From Chiloscyllium plagiosum (lineage: Eukaryota), in assembly GCF_004010195.1 (NCBI RefSeq), contig NC_057750.1:18107466-18171465 (forward strand): 64,000 bases of DNA. Direction: 5' to 3'. This document shows positions 59,383-64,000 of this stretch, piece after piece (position 1 is the first letter of the stretch; each line of letters begins with the position of its first letter). Both the position numbers and the translations under genes were made by a program. The notes under the pieces are model-generated. The model searched no databases and was not told the origin of the DNA. It saw only the letters and a list, made by a program, of their open reading frames with translations.

Positions 59383-62300
59383 CTACAGGATTCATAAAGG
59401 GGGGTGGAGAGCAGTCAGATATTCTAAAGCTCATCGGTACCAGTGACATAGTTAGGAAAAGGGGTGAGGATCTGAAAACAGAATAGAGGGAGTTAGGTTG
59501 GAAGCTAAAAGGCAGGAAGAGCAGAGTAGTAATCTCAGGATTGCTACCAGTGCCACAGACTACCGAGGCTAAGAACAGACAGCAAATGCAGGTGAACACG
59601 TGGCTGCATGGCTGGTGTAGAAGGGAGGGCTTCAGATATGTGGATTATTGGGATACCTTCTGGGGAAGGTAGGATTTGTACAAGATGGACAGGTTGCACC
59701 AGAACTGGAGGGATACCAATATTCTGGGCAGGAGGTTTGCTAGAGTTCTTCAGGAGGGTTTAAACTAGCTTGGCAGGGAGATGGGAATCTGTGATACAGA
59801 TCAGAGGATGGAATAGGTAGTGAACAGCCAGATACAGTGCGCAGAGAGTTTGTGAGGAGGGATAGGCACTTGATATGGTAAAGGTGCAGTTAGTGTGATG
59901 GGTTGAAGCATGTCTACTTTATCGCAAGTAGCATCAGAAATAAGGGTGATGAACGGGCAGCACAGTGGCTCAGTGGTTAGCACTGCTGCCTCACAGCACC
60001 AGGGTCCCAGGTTCGATTCCAGCCTTGGGTGACTGTCTGTGTGGAGTTAGCACATTCTTCCCGTGTCTGCGTGGGTTTCCTCCGGATGCTCCGGTTTCCT
60101 CCCACAGTCCAAAGATGTGCAGGTTAGGTGAATTGGCCATCCTAAATTGCCCATAGTGCTAGGTCCATTTGTCAGAGGGAAATGGGTCTGGTGGGTTGCT
60201 CTTCCGAGGGTCAGTGTGGATTGGTTGGGCCGAAGGGCCGTGTTTCATACTGCAGGGAATCTAATCTAACCTAATCAAATCAAAAAAAAACTTAGAGCAT
60301 GGATCAGTACTTGGAACTATGATGTTGTGGCCATTATGGAGACTTGGATATTACAGGGGCAGGAATGGTTGTTGGATGTTCCAGGGTTTAGATGTTTCAA
60401 AAGTTGCAGAAAGGGAGGTCGTTGAGGAGGGTTTATCTACAGAATCATTATGGGTGGACATCAGAAACAGGAAAGGAGCAGTCACTATATTAGGGCTTTA
60501 TACAGACCACCTAATAGCAACAGAAAGGCAGAGGAGCAGATTGGGGGGGCAGAATTTGGAAAGGTACAGAAGTAACAGGGTTGCTGTCATGGGTGACTTT
60601 AACTTCCCCATTATTAATTGGAATCTCCTTAGTTCAATAGTTCGGTTTTTGTCAGGTGTGCCCAGGAAGGATTCTGGACTCTGTGTCGATAGGCTGACTA
60701 GAGGGGACGCCATACTGAATTTGGCATTTGGCAATGAACCAGGCCAGGTTCTCTTTGTGGGAGAGCATTTCAGTGACAGTGATCACAACTCCTTGACTGT
60801 TAGTATAGTCATGGATAGGGATAGGAGCAGACGGTATGGGAAAGTATTTCATTGAGGGAAGGGGAATTACAATGCTATTAGGCAGGAACTGGGGTGCTTA
60901 AAATGGGAACAAATGTTTTCAGAGAAATGCATGACAGAAATGTGGAGGTTGTTTAGGGAGCACTTGCTGATAGTGTTGGATAGGTTTGTCCCACTGAGGC
61001 AAGGAAGGGACAACAGGGTGAGGAACCTTGGGTGACAAGGGATGTGGAACATCTAATCAAGAGGAAGAAGGAAGCTTACTTAAGGTGGAAGAGGCAAGGA
61101 TCAGACAGGGCTTTACAGGGTTACAAGGTAGCTAGGAAGGAACTGAAAAATGGACTTAGAGAGTTGGAAGGGGGCATAAAAAAGCTTTAGTAGGTAGGAT
61201 TAGGGAAAACCTCAAAGCATTCTACACTTCTGAAGAACAAGAAGATGGACAGAGTGAGGGTAGGGCTGATCAGGAATAGAGGAGGGAATTTGTGCCTGGA
61301 GTCAGAAGTGGTACAGGAGGCCCTTAATGAATACTTTAAGGGGGACCTTGACGTTTCTGAGGACAGCGTGAAACAGGCTGATGTTAAGAAGAAGGGTGTG
61401 TTGAAAATTTTGAAAAACATAAGGATATAGAAGTCCCTGGGCCAGATGGGATATGCTTTAGATTATTACAGAAAGCGAGGGAAGAAATTGCTACACCTTT
61501 AGCTATGATCTTTGCATCGTCACTGTTCACTGGCGTAGTGGCAGATGATTGAAGGGTGGCAAATATTATTCCCTTGTTCAAGAAAGGGAATAGGGATAAC
61601 CCTGGGAGTTACAGACCAGTCAGCTTTATGTCAGTGGTGGGCAAATTATTGTAGAGGATGCTGAGGCAGAGGTTTTATGATTATTTGGAAAAGCATAGCT
61701 TGATTAGAGATAGTCAATATGGCTTTGTGAGGGACAGGTCATGCCTCACAAGCCTTACTGAATTCTTTGAGGATGTGACAAAACACATTGATGATGTGGT
61801 GTACATGGATTTTAGCAATGCTTTTGATAAGGTTCCCATGGTAAGCTCATTCAGAAAGTAAGGAGGCATGGGATACAGGGAAATTCAGCTATCTGGATAC
61901 AGAATTAGCTAGCCCATAGAAGACAGAAGGTGGTAGTAAATGGAAAGTATTCAGCCTGGAGCTCAGTGACCAGTGATGTTCTGCAGGGATCTGTTCTGGG
62001 ACCTCTGCTCTTTGTGATTTTTATAAATGACTTGGATGAGGAAGTGGAAGCGAGGGGGTGGTTAAGTAAGTTTGACGATCACACAAAGGTTAGTGGAGTC
62101 ATGGCTAGTGTGGAGGACTGTTGTATGTTGCAACGGGACAGTGACAGGATGCAGAACTGGGCAGATAAGCAGCAGATGGAGTTCAACCTAGAAAAGTGTG
62201 AGGTGATTCACTTTGGAAGGTCAAATTTGAATGCAAAATACAGGGTTAAAAGCAGGATTCCTGGCAGTGTGGAGGAACAGAGGGATCTTGGGGTCCATGT

Positions 62301-62860
62301 CCACAGATCCCTCCAAGTTGCCACCCTAGTTGATAGGGTTGTCAAGAAGATATGTGTGTGTTGGCTTTCATTAGCAGGGGGCTTGAATTCAAGAGCAGCA
62401 CGGTTATGCTGCAGCTCTACAGAGCCACGGTAAGGGCACACTTGAAATATTGTGTCCAGTTCTAGTTGCCTCATTATAGGAAACCTTTAGAGAGGGTGCA
62501 GAGGAGATTTATCAGGATGCTGCCTGGACTGGAGGGCATGTCTCATGAAGAAAGGTTGAGGGAACTAGGGCTTTTCTCATTGGAGCAAAGAAGAGGTGGT
62601 TGAGGCAAAAATAGAGTGAATAGTCAGAGACTTTTTCCCAGGGGAAAATGGCTGTCATGTGGGCATAATTTTAAGGTGTTTGGAGGAAGGTTTAGGGGAG
62701 ATGTCGGAGGTCGGTTCGTTATACAGAGAGTGGTGGATGCGTAGAATGCACTGCCAGCAGTGATAGTAGAGTCAGATACATTAAGGACATTTAAACAACT
62801 CTTGGATAGGCACGTGGATGATAGTAAACAGAAAGGTATGTAGGTTAGTTTGATCTTTTA
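59383..62860 (+). mobile_element. Long degenerate CR1 LINE (ORF1 end plus ORF2)
   Basis: VMGDFNFP..LTRGDAILNL (APE); YMDFSNAFDKVP and QGSVLGPLLFVIFINDL (RT). Confidence 0.9.
59955..60290 (+). mobile_element. HE1/V-SINE-type SINE nested in CR1 ORF2
   Basis: Interrupts ...aagggtgatgaac|ttagagcatgg (KGDELRAW); full SINE structure. Confidence 0.9.
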
Positions 62861-64000
62861 GCTCCTTAACACAGTATGATCAGAGTCTTTCCCACCTGAA
62901 ATTCTTTGCACAACTTCAAATGGCTGCTACAAAAATGTCTACTATTTATCATTCTTCTATTACACTGTAACTTGCATGTTTTGCATTTGTTATGCACTTT
63001 ATGCAGTGTACGAGTGTGTAGTTTGTGCTGTGCATGTAGCACCCTTGGTCCCGGAGGAATGCTGTCTTGTTTTGTACTGTATCGGTTGTATATAGTAGAA
63101 GTGACAAATAAAAAGCTGCTACTACTACTAAAAGGTCAGCACAACATCGAGGGTCAAAGGGCCTGTACTGTGTTGTACTGTTCTACATGCTATGTTTTAA
63201 ACAATGTCTACTGCTCTGCTGTCATCAATCTCCTTGGTTCGTTCCTCAAAAATCTCAATCAAGTTTGAGAGGAATGTTTTTCCTCATGCAAAATCATACT
63301 GACTATCAATGATAAGCAATCGAGAACACAAGGCTAACGTCATGGGAAAGTGGGCTTGAAATCCACTGTGGCAGATGGTGAAATCTGAATTTAATATGTT
63401 AATGGAGATTGTGTAACCCCTTGAATGTCGTTAAAAAACAAACATCTGGTTCACTAATGTCCTTTACAGAGGGAAATGTGTCATCTATTACTAGTCTGGC
63501 CTGCACATTACACCAGACCAACAATAATGTGGTTGACTCTTACGGCCCCCTGAAATGATCAAGCAAGCCACTCAGTCCAAGAGCAATAAGAGTGGACCCC
63601 AAACGCTGGCTTGCCAGTATTGACCATACCTCGTGTAATAAAAAGTGGAAAAAGTTGCATTGTTAGCCCAGCATTAGTTTTCTCATGACAGGAGACAAAT
63701 ACAGAGAGTGAGGAGCAGGATCAAGTTTTGCTGTGGTCTGTTGAGGAACCATGAACATAAAATTACGAATCATTCAGACACCGTCAGCTTGTTAAAACAA
63801 CCAAAGCTGGACAAAGTTGTCGGTGAACCTTTACAACAATTATAATGCCTGATCAACAGGTTTCACAAAAAGATCCATGTTCCCAAGGAAAAAAAAAAGT
63901 GTCAACCAAATGGATAGCATGCACCAACTTTACCATCTAGGTCTGGAGGAGAATGAAGAGGACAATGATGGAAAAGATTTATAGCAGGTTTTTCACTACA

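Noticed and set aside
60319..62433. Long ORFs (178 aa, 167 aa), and similarly 13260-13799, 16976-17425 and 38981-39499, as host genes
   Set aside because: They are fragments of TE endonuclease/RT frames broken by stops and frameshifts; no sign of domestication.
1..64000. CRISPR arrays, rRNA genes or prokaryotic systems
   Set aside because: The DNA is eukaryotic and intron-rich; no regularly spaced repeat-spacer array or rRNA-like sequence is seen.

Overview
Vertebrate genomic DNA, very likely from a shark or ray (inferred from HE1/V-SINE-type SINEs and abundant HER1/CR1-type LINE fragments). The window is repeat-rich. It contains CR1/L2 LINEs, a Tx1/L1 fragment, Gypsy LTR elements, a Penelope-like element, hammerhead-ribozyme-bearing short repeats, SINEs and a Tc1/mariner-type MITE. 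Between the repeats I reconstructed by hand one minus-strand multi-exon gene: 17 phase-consistent GT-AG exons, 58098->9888, about 1062 codons in the window, open at the 5' end. Its predicted protein carries THREE tandem MGA/Myc-network-type bHLH-leucine-zipper domains. Each domain is encoded by a duplicated exon pair (159-162 nt bHLH exon plus 112 nt zipper exon). All three share an unusual basic region (H-x-L-R-E-R-E-[S/W]-R) and intact leucine heptads. The model comes from sequence alone and needs transcript confirmation.
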